Shown here: in pieces, positions 25,878 to 36,329 of the stretch | Numbering within the stretch: position 1 is the stretch's first letter | How the letters are laid out: every line of letters starts with the position of its first letter | Virus record (IMG/VR): IMGVR_UViG_3300044707_000482 | Span: 1-63,053 of that record | From: a virus | Lineage: Duplodnaviria; Caudoviricetes | Length of the DNA stretch: 63,053 bases | Strand: one strand, 5' to 3' | The notes under the pieces: model-generated | Told to the model about the DNA's origin: nothing | Databases searched by the model: none | The model's input: only the letters and a program-made list of their open reading frames with translations | Made by a program: the position numbers and the translations under genes

Positions 25878-27399
25878 AGTCCTAGTGCTGGGGGGCAATC
25901 GCTCGGGCAAGTCGCTCTGCACGTTCGTGGAGGACGCTCGGGCGGTGTGCGGCCAGGATCCGCACGGCAAGTACCCGGAGAAGGACGGGATCCTTGTCAT
26001 CGTTGGCAAGGACTGGAAGCACATCGGGCTGGTGGTCTACCCGATTCTTTTCATGGCTGGTGCGTTCAAGATCATCAAGGACGAGGCGACCGGCCAGTGG
26101 CGGGCCTTCAACCCCACGACGGATGCGGCCCGAGCCAAGGAGGCCAAGCCTGCCCCGCCGCTCATTCCCCCGCGACTGGTCGCGAAGAAGTCGTGGATCC
26201 TCAAGTCCGCTCGCTACATCCAGTCCTGTACGCTGGTCAACGGCTGGCAGATTTACTTCTTCTCGTCAGAGGGTGAGCCGCCGCAGGGCTTCCAGGCCAA
26301 CAGGGTCCACATCGACGAGGACGTCAACAACGGCGATGCGTGGGTGCCCGAGATGCAGGCCCGCCTCTCCGACCGCAAGGGTGTATTCACGTGGTCGGCC
26401 ATGCCGCACTCGCGGAATGACAGCCTCCAGTCGCTGGCCGAGCGAGCCGACATGCTGGCCGAAAAGGGCCAGGAGAACCCCGACATCGTCAAGTTCCAGT
26501 TGCGATTTTTGGACAACCCGCACATCGACAGCGAGGAGAAGCGGAAGCGAATCGAAGGCTGGGCGGCCTTGGGCGAAGACGTCCTTCGCATGCGCAGCGA
26601 AGGCGAGTTCATCACCGACTCGATCCTCTGCTACCCGACGTTTGCCACGCACGTGCATGGCTACGACCGGACGTCGCTCGAGAACAACGTCGTGCCGTCC
26701 GACTGGTGCCGATACGTGGCCATCGACCCTGGCCATGCCGTGACGTCAGTCCTGTTTGCCGCCGTGCCGCCTGATGAGTCGATGCTGCTGGTCTACGACC
26801 AGCTCTACATCCGCAACTGCAACGCCATCATCTTTGGCGAAAAGATGCAGGAGAAGTGTCGGGGGCAGTCGTTCCAGGCGTTCATCATCGACATGCACGG
26901 CGGTCGGCTGCGGGAAATCGGCTCGGGCCGCCTGCCGGTGGAGCTGTACACCGAAGAACTCAAGAAGCGGGAGGTGGCCAGCATCACGACCGGCCACAGT
27001 TTTCTTGCTGGCTGTGATGACATTCCGGCCCGCATGGCGGCCGTCCAGAACTACCTCCACATCCGGCCGGAGGGCACCCCGACGCTGCGAATCCTGCGGG
27101 GGGCGGTGCCCGATTTGGAGCGGGAAATCAAGCGGTACAAGAAGAAAACCCAGCTAGTTGGCGGCACCTACATCGTGACGGACCAGCCCAACACCAGGGG
27201 GGAAGTCCACGCCTGCCAGTGCCTGGAGTACCTCTGTGCGTATCGACCTCGCTACCACAAGCCTAAGTTGGAGACCGGACCAGAGCCCTGGTTCGTGGAC
27301 TGGGCGCGGAAGCTGCAAAAGAAGCGAGCCGCCGAGTCCGAAGACTACATCTTTCTAGGCCCGCAATCAGGAGCACGGTATGGAAGTCGCGTCGTTTAG
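25699..27399 (+). CDS. terL: Terminase large subunit
   Basis: Walker A GGNRSGKS, Walker B VHIDE, nuclease motif AIDPG. Confidence 0.92.
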   Translation: MARRKPQQISPLPSVKRLGTFQQNELREMQAELSSRRIESLKLYRPTDQQEEVHKCRASEVLVLGGNRSGKSLCTFVEDARAVCGQDPHGKYPEKDGILVIVGKDWKHIGLVVYPILFMAGAFKIIKDEATGQWRAFNPTTDAARAKEAKPAPPLIPPRLVAKKSWILKSARYIQSCTLVNGWQIYFFSSEGEPPQGFQANRVHIDEDVNNGDAWVPEMQARLSDRKGVFTWSAMPHSRNDSLQSLAERADMLAEKGQENPDIVKFQLRFLDNPHIDSEEKRKRIEGWAALGEDVLRMRSEGEFITDSILCYPTFATHVHGYDRTSLENNVVPSDWCRYVAIDPGHAVTSVLFAAVPPDESMLLVYDQLYIRNCNAIIFGEKMQEKCRGQSFQAFIIDMHGGRLREIGSGRLPVELYTEELKKREVASITTGHSFLAGCDDIPARMAAVQNYLHIRPEGTPTLRILRGAVPDLEREIKRYKKKTQLVGGTYIVTDQPNTRGEVHACQCLEYLCAYRPRYHKPKLETGPEPWFVDWARKLQKKRAAESEDYIFLGPQSGARYGSRVV

Positions 27400-27736
27400 C
27401 CCGCCGCCGGTGAGCATCGGAGATTGCGTCTACTGGTATCACGATCCGCTCACATGCGCCGAGCCGACGCTGGGCTGGGTGGTGCAGCGTCCCGGCGCTC
27501 ACACCGTCAGCATCCTGACGTTCAGCCCGTTCTCTGGCTTCCAGGAGAAGCCCTCCGTTCGTCACCGGGAGGATCCCGGCCTGCAAGAGAACTCCGAGTG
27601 GCGGCAGTGGGGCTGCTGGGAGTACACGCCGCAGACGACCCAACTCAAGAAACTTGACAGCCTCACGGCCAAGGTGGCTGGTCTGACCGAGCAGGTGGCA
27701 CTCGCCAGGAAGCAGAATGGAACCCAAAACCGGTGA
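27380..27736 (+). CDS. Hypothetical protein
   Basis: 118-aa ORF between TerL and portal with AGGAG RBS. Confidence 0.75.
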   Translation: MEVASFSPPPVSIGDCVYWYHDPLTCAEPTLGWVVQRPGAHTVSILTFSPFSGFQEKPSVRHREDPGLQENSEWRQWGCWEYTPQTTQLKKLDSLTAKVAGLTEQVALARKQNGTQNR

Positions 27737-29738
27737 AGACGCCCTGCGTGCGATTGCACAGGGGTGGCTGAAAAAGATCGAGCTGTCGCTGAAGCACAAG
27801 CGTCCTTTTTCGGAGGACGCCAGGGAGGCGATGTGCTTCTTCGACGGCCCGCATAACTGGTTCTGGAAGGACACGTACGCCCGGCACGAGTACGGCTACA
27901 ACCGGACGATTGCTCCGCCTGCGTTTCGGATGCAGTGCAATCGGGTGTTCGAGGCCGTCAAGCTCTTTGGCAGCGTGATCTATCACCGCAATCCGGTTCG
28001 CACGGTGGCTCCGGCGCAGTATCCGTTCGTCACGCCGGAGGTGATCGGCGCTATGGACGAGCCGTCCATGATGCTCTACCAGCAGGCCGCCGAAGAGACG
28101 ATGCGGCGCACGGAGGTGCGGAAGACCGTCTCCCTGCTGATGGAGCGTTATCTCAACTACACCCCCAACGAGCTTGACCTCAAAACCCACAGCCGCCGGG
28201 TCGTGGACGAGGCCATCATCAAGGGCATGGGTGTGTGGTGGACGGAACTCGTCACTCTGCCGGGAACCGACTACCGGGTAGTGGGGTCGTTTGCCGACAG
28301 CGTGGACAACCTCACCCTCGACCCCGACGCCACCGAGATCGAGGACATCACGTGGTGCGCTCGCCGTTGCACGCATCCGATTGATGTCGTGGCTCGCCAG
28401 TACGGCCTCGACCGGGAGCAGTTGAAGGGCCACCTTGACGGCTCCAAGCCTCTGGGGACGGAGTCGGACGACCAAATCTTCGGGGACGAGGAGCATCCCT
28501 ACAAGGGCCGCCGGGTCGGCAAGAGCAACGAGCTCGTCACCTACTGGAAGATCTGGAGCAAGACGGGCCTTGGCGACCGGCTCAAGGACGCCCCCAAGGA
28601 ACTGGTGGGGGCGTTCGATGAGGTGGGCGACAACTGCTACATCGTGGTCTGCGAGGGCATCCCGCATCCGCTCAACATGGCTCCGGCGATCCTGGAGCAG
28701 TCGGTGGATGAAGGCACTGGGGTTCCGCCCGACCTGTTCCGTGCCGTGCAGTGGCCGATCCCGTTTTGGTCCGAGCCAAATGGGTGGCCGTTCGTGCCGC
28801 TCGATTTCCACCGCAAGCCCGGGTACGTGTGGCCGATCAGCCACATCAAGCCCGGCATCGGTGAACTCCGGTTCTTGAACTTCGCCCTGTCGTTCATTGC
28901 CCAGCGTGTGGCGACCAGTTGCGAGACCCTGCTTGGCGTGAGCAAGGCCGCCGACCAGGACATCAAGGATCAACTGCTGGCTCCGTCCGAGCGTGGCTTC
29001 AAGGTCGTGGAGATCAGCGAGACGCTAGGCCGCAGCGTCAACGACCTCATCAGCGTATTCCAGTTGCCTGAGGTGACGCCCGAGCTCTGGAAGATCATTC
29101 AGTCGGTCACCGATATGTTCGACAAGCGGGTCGGCCTGACCGAGCTCACGTACGGCATGACGCGGTCGCAGTTCAGAAGTGCCGCTGAGGCGACCGTGAA
29201 GTCGGAGCAAATCAGCGTCCGGCCCGACGATATGGCGAACCGTCTGGAGGACGCCATGAGCCTGCTGGCCCGCCACGAAGCCCTGGCGGCCCGCTGGTTG
29301 CTCGAGGCTCAGGATGTGGAGCCGATCCTTGGCCCGCTTGGCGCGGCGGCCTGGGCGCAGCACATCTCGCCCCTGGAGCCGACGCAGGTGGCCCGGGAGT
29401 TCGAGTATCGGGTCGAGGCCGGGAGTGCCCGCAAGCCAAACAAGGCCACCCGTGTCGAGCAGATGCAGGCCGCCCTCCAGACGCTTGGCCCGATCCTCCA
29501 GGGTTTGGTCGGCATGGGCATGGTGGACCCGATGAACGCTCTCATCAGCGACTGGGCGGCCAGCCTGGACATCGACGCTCGCCCCTACCTCATTCCACCC
29601 CCGCCACCGCCGCAGCCTCCTGCGCCGCCTCCTGGCATGCCAGGGCCGCTGCCTGAGGGAACGCCGGAGGGTGGACCGCCGCCGGAGGCCGCTCCTCCTG
29701 GCGACCTGCCGCAGATGCCTCCGGAGATGATTGCATGA
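27717..29738 (+). CDS. Portal protein
   Basis: 673 aa after TerL; P22-like organisation (A...G.GVW, LDPDA, SAAEA, VEAGS); Pro-rich tail. Confidence 0.8.
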   Translation: MEPKTGEDALRAIAQGWLKKIELSLKHKRPFSEDAREAMCFFDGPHNWFWKDTYARHEYGYNRTIAPPAFRMQCNRVFEAVKLFGSVIYHRNPVRTVAPAQYPFVTPEVIGAMDEPSMMLYQQAAEETMRRTEVRKTVSLLMERYLNYTPNELDLKTHSRRVVDEAIIKGMGVWWTELVTLPGTDYRVVGSFADSVDNLTLDPDATEIEDITWCARRCTHPIDVVARQYGLDREQLKGHLDGSKPLGTESDDQIFGDEEHPYKGRRVGKSNELVTYWKIWSKTGLGDRLKDAPKELVGAFDEVGDNCYIVVCEGIPHPLNMAPAILEQSVDEGTGVPPDLFRAVQWPIPFWSEPNGWPFVPLDFHRKPGYVWPISHIKPGIGELRFLNFALSFIAQRVATSCETLLGVSKAADQDIKDQLLAPSERGFKVVEISETLGRSVNDLISVFQLPEVTPELWKIIQSVTDMFDKRVGLTELTYGMTRSQFRSAAEATVKSEQISVRPDDMANRLEDAMSLLARHEALAARWLLEAQDVEPILGPLGAAAWAQHISPLEPTQVAREFEYRVEAGSARKPNKATRVEQMQAALQTLGPILQGLVGMGMVDPMNALISDWAASLDIDARPYLIPPPPPPQPPAPPPGMPGPLPEGTPEGGPPPEAAPPGDLPQMPPEMIA

Positions 29739-30274
29739 CCTTGCCTCCCGAGATTGCCGCCGCTGGCCCGGCCGTGCAGTCCCACTACGTCCGTCTGGTC
29801 GAGAACGGGCAGACCGAGCGGTTTGCTGCCATGTGTGCCCTCCAGCAGCCTCCTGGGACGCGAGGAACCGACCGGGCCTTCATGCAGGGCCGCTACGCCC
29901 AGGAATGGCTCAACAGCATGCCCAAGAAGCAGGCAGACTGGATGATCCGCGAGGCCGGTGCGGCGGGCATAAATACCAGTGGACGCTTCTACATGGGCGG
30001 CCTCGCGGACAAGCGTGGCCACCTTGACCCAGAGGCGTGGGTAGACAGCACGGCAGACGTTCTCAAGGTGGCGAAGAAGCGGGACTTGGAAGTTCACGGC
30101 ATCGTGGACTACGTGCCTCCGCAGAAGCCGCCACCCAAGGAGGTGGACATCAACCCCCGCATCCTTCGTGAGCATGTTCGCAAGGAGATGAAGGCCAACC
30201 CCAAGCTCAAGCGAGGCGAGGCCATCGAGAAGGTCAAGGACCGGATCGTCCCGCACTGGAAAAGGAAGAAGTAA
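29735..30274 (+). CDS. Hypothetical protein
   Basis: 179-aa ORF, ATGA-coupled to portal. Confidence 0.75.
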   Translation: MTLPPEIAAAGPAVQSHYVRLVENGQTERFAAMCALQQPPGTRGTDRAFMQGRYAQEWLNSMPKKQADWMIREAGAAGINTSGRFYMGGLADKRGHLDPEAWVDSTADVLKVAKKRDLEVHGIVDYVPPQKPPPKEVDINPRILREHVRKEMKANPKLKRGEAIEKVKDRIVPHWKRKK

Positions 30275-30603
30275 TGCCCCAGAAGCTCGAGCGACTGAAC
30301 TCCGTGACGGGCTCCGTCACGGCCACCAACAGTGCGGCCACTAGCCCGAAGATTCCGTTCGGGGCGGTGTCGGGGGGCATGATCCATGTCAGTGCGGTGT
30401 CGAGCGCCACGACGATCACGTGGCACGTGGCATTTGGCCAGGAGGAGACCCCAGTGCCGCTGAACGCCGACGGCGCTGCGGTGACCACCACGATCGCCGC
30501 AAGCAACGCCTACACACTGCCCGACGCCCTGTTTGGTGCGCCGTACATCGTAGCGGTTGTCAACGCAGGCACGGCCACGCTCCGAGTCAGCGTCAAGGGC
30601 TGA
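30274..30603 (+). CDS. Small beta-rich virion protein
   Basis: 109-aa T/A/S-rich ORF, TAATG-coupled. Confidence 0.7.
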   Translation: MPQKLERLNSVTGSVTATNSAATSPKIPFGAVSGGMIHVSAVSSATTITWHVAFGQEETPVPLNADGAAVTTTIAASNAYTLPDALFGAPYIVAVVNAGTATLRVSVKG

Positions 30604-30628
30604 TCGTCCAGTATCGCAGGGAGCGTCG

Positions 30629-31513
30629 ATGTACTACTGCGGCCAGGACGTTCTTGAGTACCTGATGAACTCCGTCGGTGGCGGAGCCCAGGACAGCGAG
30701 CATCGCCTTTTGCGGGCTGCGGCGCATCACGCCCACCGCGATGTCACGAACGCCCGGGACTGGAACTGGCACATCACCAAGGCCACGCTCACCTCGCCGT
30801 TGGCTGGCGGCGGCCCAGGCTTTACCTATGCACTGCCAGCCAACTTTCGGAACATGGACTCCATCATTCCGCCGATCAACAGCCCGTCGGCGGTGAAGTA
30901 CGTCAGCCCGATGGAGTGGGAGCGGATCAACATCGTGCTGCCGTCGCTCAACTCACCCCTGGTGTGGACGGTCGTTAAGCACCCTACCCTGCCCGGCCGG
31001 TGGGCCATCAAGGTGGTGGGTGACCCTGACACCACCCAGACACTGACCTACACCTACCGCCGCAAGCCGTCACCGCTCCGGTACATGGGCTACGAGCCCG
31101 CAAGCAGAGACGGGTCGCTGTCGGCCAACGGACTGGTCAAGCGGTACGGCACGGCGACCGCGTTCCCGGAAGGCCCGGCGGGCATCAACCCCTACGCGGC
31201 AGAAGAGGTGCTGGGCGCCTCAGGCAGTCTTGTCGGCACGCCACCCGCAAACGCCAAGACGGTCGTGTCGGACTACCTCGACGTCAGCGACACGATGTTC
31301 ACGGCCGTTCTTTCTGGTGCAGAGGTCTGGGTTGCCAGGATGATGGGCAAGAACGTCGAGGGCTCGATGGCGGTGTACGCCCGAGACCTGCGAATGGCTT
31401 TCGAGGCTGACAATCTCGCGCCGATCAGCGGCACTCGCCCAGACGGCGTCGTCGTGAGTGGAGCCCGCGCACTGGGCTACTACTCGCCCTCCGGCCCGGA
31501 CACGGGGGTGTAG
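30629..31513 (+). CDS. Putative head-tail adaptor (tail tubular protein A-like)
   Basis: DWNW, YALPANF, YTYRRKP pattern; position in the module. Confidence 0.65.
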   Translation: MYYCGQDVLEYLMNSVGGGAQDSEHRLLRAAAHHAHRDVTNARDWNWHITKATLTSPLAGGGPGFTYALPANFRNMDSIIPPINSPSAVKYVSPMEWERINIVLPSLNSPLVWTVVKHPTLPGRWAIKVVGDPDTTQTLTYTYRRKPSPLRYMGYEPASRDGSLSANGLVKRYGTATAFPEGPAGINPYAAEEVLGASGSLVGTPPANAKTVVSDYLDVSDTMFTAVLSGAEVWVARMMGKNVEGSMAVYARDLRMAFEADNLAPISGTRPDGVVVSGARALGYYSPSGPDTGV

Positions 31514-31515
31514 CC

Positions 31516-31881
31516 ATGGCGGAGCCTATGTGGGCCGGACTGGTCACAAACGCCAGCCCTTATGTCCTCCCTCCCGGCGGGGCCGTCGAGCAGACGAACC
31601 TCGTCACCTCGACGCCCGGGCAGTTGACGAGTCGCGATGGCATGCGGCCTGTCTCCTTCACGGCGGCGGCTCCGGAGATTCGGGACTGCTACCCCTACGT
31701 GTTCAGTAACTCCGTACGGCTGCTTGCGCTGAACGCCAGCGGGCAGATCGTGGTGCTGACCACGCCCGCGTACGGAACGGAGCTGTCCAGCCCCCTCGAT
31801 CCATCCCTTAGCCCGACTGCCAACCAAGTGCAGAGCAGCTACACCGGCGCCTTCTACGACCACGCAGGAGAGCCGCCGTGA
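31516..31881 (+). CDS. Tail protein resembling the N-terminus of podovirus stabilization/nozzle proteins
   Basis: WAGLVTNASPYVLPPGGAVEQTNLV...GQLTSRDG. Confidence 0.55.
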   Translation: MAEPMWAGLVTNASPYVLPPGGAVEQTNLVTSTPGQLTSRDGMRPVSFTAAAPEIRDCYPYVFSNSVRLLALNASGQIVVLTTPAYGTELSSPLDPSLSPTANQVQSSYTGAFYDHAGEPP

Positions 31882-34847
31882 CTGTGATTGCCTCTGGGTT
31901 CGCTGCCACCAAGCCCGTCTCCTGCGCGCAGGGCAGGTACGGAGAGCTCATCATTGCGCAGGGCGGTGGCGTGCAGCCCAAACGCTGGACGGGCTCTGGC
32001 ACGGCCACGAATGCTGGCATTGAGAAGCCAGCGGCCGCGCCTGCCATCTCGCTCAACACCACCAAGCGGTACTACGTCGCCCGCACGGACGTCCACAAGC
32101 CAGGGGCCGTGTACAACGCGCCGCCGGAAGTCACGTTCACGACGCCCAGTTCGCCCCCCACTGGCTTCCGGGCCGCGAAGGCTCAGTCATATCTCAATCA
32201 GTCAGTGGTCGGGGAGATCTTGGTTACGGACGGCGGCAAGCACTACCCCGCCTGTCCGTCTGTTGGCCTGAGCGCGACGCACGGGATTAACGCGGGCCTG
32301 ACGGCGGTGCTGGATGGCACGCCCCCGCCAGCCGACGCCATCACGCACTACGAGATTATCCAGGGGCCGCCGTACGACGATGAGACGGACTACCCGACAA
32401 ATCGGAAGACGCTGTGGTCGGCATGGGGCTCAATCGAGATCCCTATCGCGAACGGCTCGGGCACAATTGCCCGCACCATCTGGGTGTACCACAACGCATG
32501 CGGACTGGGCCCTGGCAACATCGCCAGCTACGTTTCGGTTTCGCTGTCCCAGTCGTACACCATCACTGGCGCCACCGGCTCCGGCGCCATTGCGCGGGTG
32601 AACTTTTACGGGCAGCGAGTTTTTGAGACCAAGTGCGTCAACGGCACCGCTTTCTCTTGGTCGCACACTGCGTACATGGTGCGGTCAGTGACGGTCAAGG
32701 AGCGCGGATCTGGCTACAGCACGACCGATCCCGTCGTGATCACGCTCCCTCCAGTCACGACGCTGGACACGGGCACTGGCCAGATGACGGGGACCGTGCC
32801 GTCATCAAAGAATCTCATCATCGAGGGCTATCCGCCCGGGCACGCCAATAACTCCTCGACGCCTCGCTTCGCCGTCAAGCAAATCAACATCACCAGCGGC
32901 GGCAGCGGCTACGTCGTGGCCCCCGAGATCAAGATCAACTCCTCGTCGGGGTTTGGGGCGTACGCCACCAGCCGTGTCACCAACGGCGCCGTGACGCAAG
33001 TCACGCTCGAGTCGGGTGGCGGCGGATACAAACTGGTTCCTTCCGTGCAAGCTGTGGCGGGCGGGGCGGAGGCGTTTGCCGTCGCTCGGCCGCACTTGCG
33101 GGGCAAGTACCAGTGCTACTACCGGTACGTTGACAACACCACTGCGGCCAACGGCGGGCCGATTCCCAGCAACCTGTCGCCCGTCCTGGAGGTAGACGCT
33201 GGAGATGGTGCGCAGTCCATGACCTGGACGGCCACTGCACCATCAAACACTGACGGCCGCACCCTGACGGTGGAACTGTGGCGCACGACCGGCAACCAGG
33301 CGATGACCTTGTATCGCGTCGGCACGGGCGTGTCGCTGGTGGATGATCTGACCGACGAGGAGGTTCGCGATCCCAAGCGGGCTGGGTACGCCGCCATGCC
33401 GATCGTGCTGCCCAACGGCGAGCTGAACGCCAATCGCTTTACCCCGCCGCCGAACAACAAGGCCATTGTGGTTCGCTACCAGGACCGCTTCTGGTACGGC
33501 GTGGACACGGGGGGCTCGGAGCCCAACTCGATCTACTTCTCGGAAGTGGACGAGCCGGAGAGCGTGCCTGACGTCAATGAGCTTGTCCTCCAACAGAACG
33601 CCCGAGACGGAGATGCTGTTACGGCGTTGGTGCCGTTTGGCGGCTCAATGCTCGTCATGCAGTCTCGGCACGCCTACTCGCTGTCGTTCAGCAAGCAGCC
33701 GCTCCGGGACGCAGACGTCTCGCCCATCGCCAACAGGGGGTGCCTGGGGCAGCGGTGCTGGGACATCCACGAGGGCGTGTGCTACGTGCTGGACCAGTAC
33801 GGCGTGTACTCCATCTCGCCGCAAGGGGAGCTCCAGGACATCTCTTCCCCCATCAACGACATCGTCCGCACGCAACTGGACTGGGCCAACGCCGCCTGGA
33901 ACTTCGTTTTGGTAGACGCCGTGCGCAAGGTGGTGCGGGTGTTCGTGGCCTTCAAGGCCGACGGCTCGACGGGCTATCCGACCCGTGCGTTGTGCTACTC
34001 CATCAGCACGGGCACGTGGTGGGTCGAGCGCTACCCGCATCGCATCTCGGCTGGCACCACGCTGCCGCTGTCGAACGGTGACTATCGCTGCGTGTACGGC
34101 GCTCAGGGCGGCGCCTTCCTGCTGGGCGAGGGCCACCTGGATGCGGCTCGCGGAGCGATCTCCACCGTCACCATCACCAACAAGGGGGCGGGATACCGCA
34201 CGCCTCCGACCGTGACGGTCGCTGGCGGTGTGGGCGGCGAGCTCCAGGCGGCCATCAATGCCAGCGGACAGGTCAGCGGCATCTGGATTATGCACTCGGG
34301 GCATGGGTACACCAGCGGCTCGCTGACGATCTCGGCACCGGACGACCCCAACTGCGCTGCCCCAGTCCAGGCGACCGCTACGTTCACGGCCACGACCAAC
34401 GCCAGCAACACGGCCATGTTTCCCGTGTACCGGTACAAGACCGGCAACCGTGCGTTCCCGACCGACGCCACCTCGAAGACAGGCGGTTCGGTGCAGCCTC
34501 GCGACATCAGCCTGACGTACCGGCCCCAGCCTGCCCGCTGCGACATCGCGGCTCGGCTGTACTACAACAACTCCCAGCACGCCCGGCCCAACGTGGCCTA
34601 CCGCAATCGAGGCGTGGGCTTTGTGGCCAACACGGTGGACGGCGCGTCCCGGCTGGACATGGCCGCCCAGACCACCAAGACCGGCTACGACAGCGGGGTG
34701 GCGAAGGCTGTGTTTGCCAGCCGCAGCCTGGACGACATCCAGTCCTCAGACCGCCACGTAGCGGTGGAGCTGGTCGGTGCCCGCAAGAACGCCCAGCCGG
34801 TCGTGATCTACGCCCTCGACATCTACGGCACCGCCGAGAAGGGGTAG
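31878..34847 (+). CDS. Tail nozzle/stabilization-like protein with inserted ITxxGxGY modules
   Basis: 989 aa; propeller-like YQDRFWY, IYFSEVDEPES, GDAVTALVP; repeated GSGY...P.V motifs. Confidence 0.7.
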   Translation: MTVIASGFAATKPVSCAQGRYGELIIAQGGGVQPKRWTGSGTATNAGIEKPAAAPAISLNTTKRYYVARTDVHKPGAVYNAPPEVTFTTPSSPPTGFRAAKAQSYLNQSVVGEILVTDGGKHYPACPSVGLSATHGINAGLTAVLDGTPPPADAITHYEIIQGPPYDDETDYPTNRKTLWSAWGSIEIPIANGSGTIARTIWVYHNACGLGPGNIASYVSVSLSQSYTITGATGSGAIARVNFYGQRVFETKCVNGTAFSWSHTAYMVRSVTVKERGSGYSTTDPVVITLPPVTTLDTGTGQMTGTVPSSKNLIIEGYPPGHANNSSTPRFAVKQINITSGGSGYVVAPEIKINSSSGFGAYATSRVTNGAVTQVTLESGGGGYKLVPSVQAVAGGAEAFAVARPHLRGKYQCYYRYVDNTTAANGGPIPSNLSPVLEVDAGDGAQSMTWTATAPSNTDGRTLTVELWRTTGNQAMTLYRVGTGVSLVDDLTDEEVRDPKRAGYAAMPIVLPNGELNANRFTPPPNNKAIVVRYQDRFWYGVDTGGSEPNSIYFSEVDEPESVPDVNELVLQQNARDGDAVTALVPFGGSMLVMQSRHAYSLSFSKQPLRDADVSPIANRGCLGQRCWDIHEGVCYVLDQYGVYSISPQGELQDISSPINDIVRTQLDWANAAWNFVLVDAVRKVVRVFVAFKADGSTGYPTRALCYSISTGTWWVERYPHRISAGTTLPLSNGDYRCVYGAQGGAFLLGEGHLDAARGAISTVTITNKGAGYRTPPTVTVAGGVGGELQAAINASGQVSGIWIMHSGHGYTSGSLTISAPDDPNCAAPVQATATFTATTNASNTAMFPVYRYKTGNRAFPTDATSKTGGSVQPRDISLTYRPQPARCDIAARLYYNNSQHARPNVAYRNRGVGFVANTVDGASRLDMAAQTTKTGYDSGVAKAVFASRSLDDIQSSDRHVAVELVGARKNAQPVVIYALDIYGTAEKG

Positions 34848-34851
34848 TCGC

Positions 34852-36327
34852 ATGGCCGGATTCAGCAACCAGCGGCAGCAGTTGCGCAATGCTCTCCTCG
34901 CGGCGGGCCTGACGCCCGATGCTGCCACGCAGATTGCCAGCATCTTGGGCAACAGCAGCCAGGGGATGTACCACGCCGGGCCGGTGGAGGTGGATAGCAC
35001 TCCAGACGACCTGCGGTTCGTGGACCCGGACAAGCGGACGCAGCGATTCCCGCACCTGGACTTCCGCGAGGGCGACCCAGACCATCGTCCGCAGCGTACG
35101 GCCAACTCGGAGGAGCGGCAGGAAAAGCAACCTGAGCCGAACGTGGTTCCCGTCATTGTGCCGCAACAGACGGACGCCAACTTCCGCGTTGCTCCGGGCT
35201 CGCTCACAGACATTGCTGGCAATGGTCAGGCGGCGCAGGTCAACGTCAACAACGTCGTGGCGGCCCGGCCTGTAGCGGGCCTGCCGATTGCCATGCTGGA
35301 CTCACAGGGCAATCGTCTTGTAGGAAAGGCGCCCCGCGCTCAGGTCGGCCAGAACGACGGCACCGCCCGAATGGACGTCCAGGAGACAGGCCGGGAGGTT
35401 CTCTGGAACCTCCAGTTGCTGAACCGCTCGGACTACAACGTCGTCACCAAGATCGAGTACGTCACAGGCAAGGGGCTCGAGGTCACCTACGAACGCATCA
35501 AGGCGTGGGATCAGCAGAAGAAAGAAGTGGACACCATCCCCGTCGAGGAACGGCCTGTAGTCACGGACATCATCGACGACGAACGGGGCCTGCGGGGCCG
35601 CCGCCGAATCATTCCCGTCTTCGAGTCGCGAGGGGAGTCGCACAGCTACTTCAACACGTACCGGATCGGGACGTTTGAGGATGACTGGCCGATCGGCGAG
35701 TCCAAGGAAATCACGCAGGTTTGGCCAGAGTCCGGCCTCAAGGTCGATGTCTGGAACTACACGCACGCCATCGCGGACACTCCGGGCGAGAAGTACGTCC
35801 TGTTCGCCGCCAGGACCGAGAGTGTGGTTCCTCCGGAGCCCGAAGACCCGGAGGAGGAGGTGCCAGATGCGACTCGGCTGGACGACCCACAGCCGAAGGT
35901 GACCGAAGGCCCGGTGTTCGACGTCAACGGCGAGCTCGTAGAGAAAGAACCCGACGGAGTTCATGAGCCCGAAGTCGAGTACGTGGCCATCGAGATCCAG
36001 AACGCCACAGAATGCACGGCCTTCAACTCGCTCAACGGCCTAACGGTGGACCTGCTGGACGGATTCGCTGCCGACGCTCCGTCGGCCCTGTCGTACGAGA
36101 CGAGCGATGAGGGCGCGGAGCCGTGCCTTAAGTGGCGCTCGTGGCCCGTTGAGGTCTTGACGGACGTTTCGCTCGAGTCCAATGGACTGGTTTTTTCTCG
36201 TGCCCGCCTGTACGTGCTCGCCGAGTCCCCGCTTGACCCCGTCGTGATCCCAGTTGATCAATGCCCGCCGTACTACCCCCCTGGATTTGAGCCGGACCCG
36301 CCGCCAGAGGGGGGCTCCGGGACTTAG
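34852..36327 (+). CDS. Tail-associated protein
   Basis: 491-aa ORF in the tail module. Confidence 0.65.
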   Translation: MAGFSNQRQQLRNALLAAGLTPDAATQIASILGNSSQGMYHAGPVEVDSTPDDLRFVDPDKRTQRFPHLDFREGDPDHRPQRTANSEERQEKQPEPNVVPVIVPQQTDANFRVAPGSLTDIAGNGQAAQVNVNNVVAARPVAGLPIAMLDSQGNRLVGKAPRAQVGQNDGTARMDVQETGREVLWNLQLLNRSDYNVVTKIEYVTGKGLEVTYERIKAWDQQKKEVDTIPVEERPVVTDIIDDERGLRGRRRIIPVFESRGESHSYFNTYRIGTFEDDWPIGESKEITQVWPESGLKVDVWNYTHAIADTPGEKYVLFAARTESVVPPEPEDPEEEVPDATRLDDPQPKVTEGPVFDVNGELVEKEPDGVHEPEVEYVAIEIQNATECTAFNSLNGLTVDLLDGFAADAPSALSYETSDEGAEPCLKWRSWPVEVLTDVSLESNGLVFSRARLYVLAESPLDPVVIPVDQCPPYYPPGFEPDPPPEGGSGT

Positions 36328-36329
36328 TC

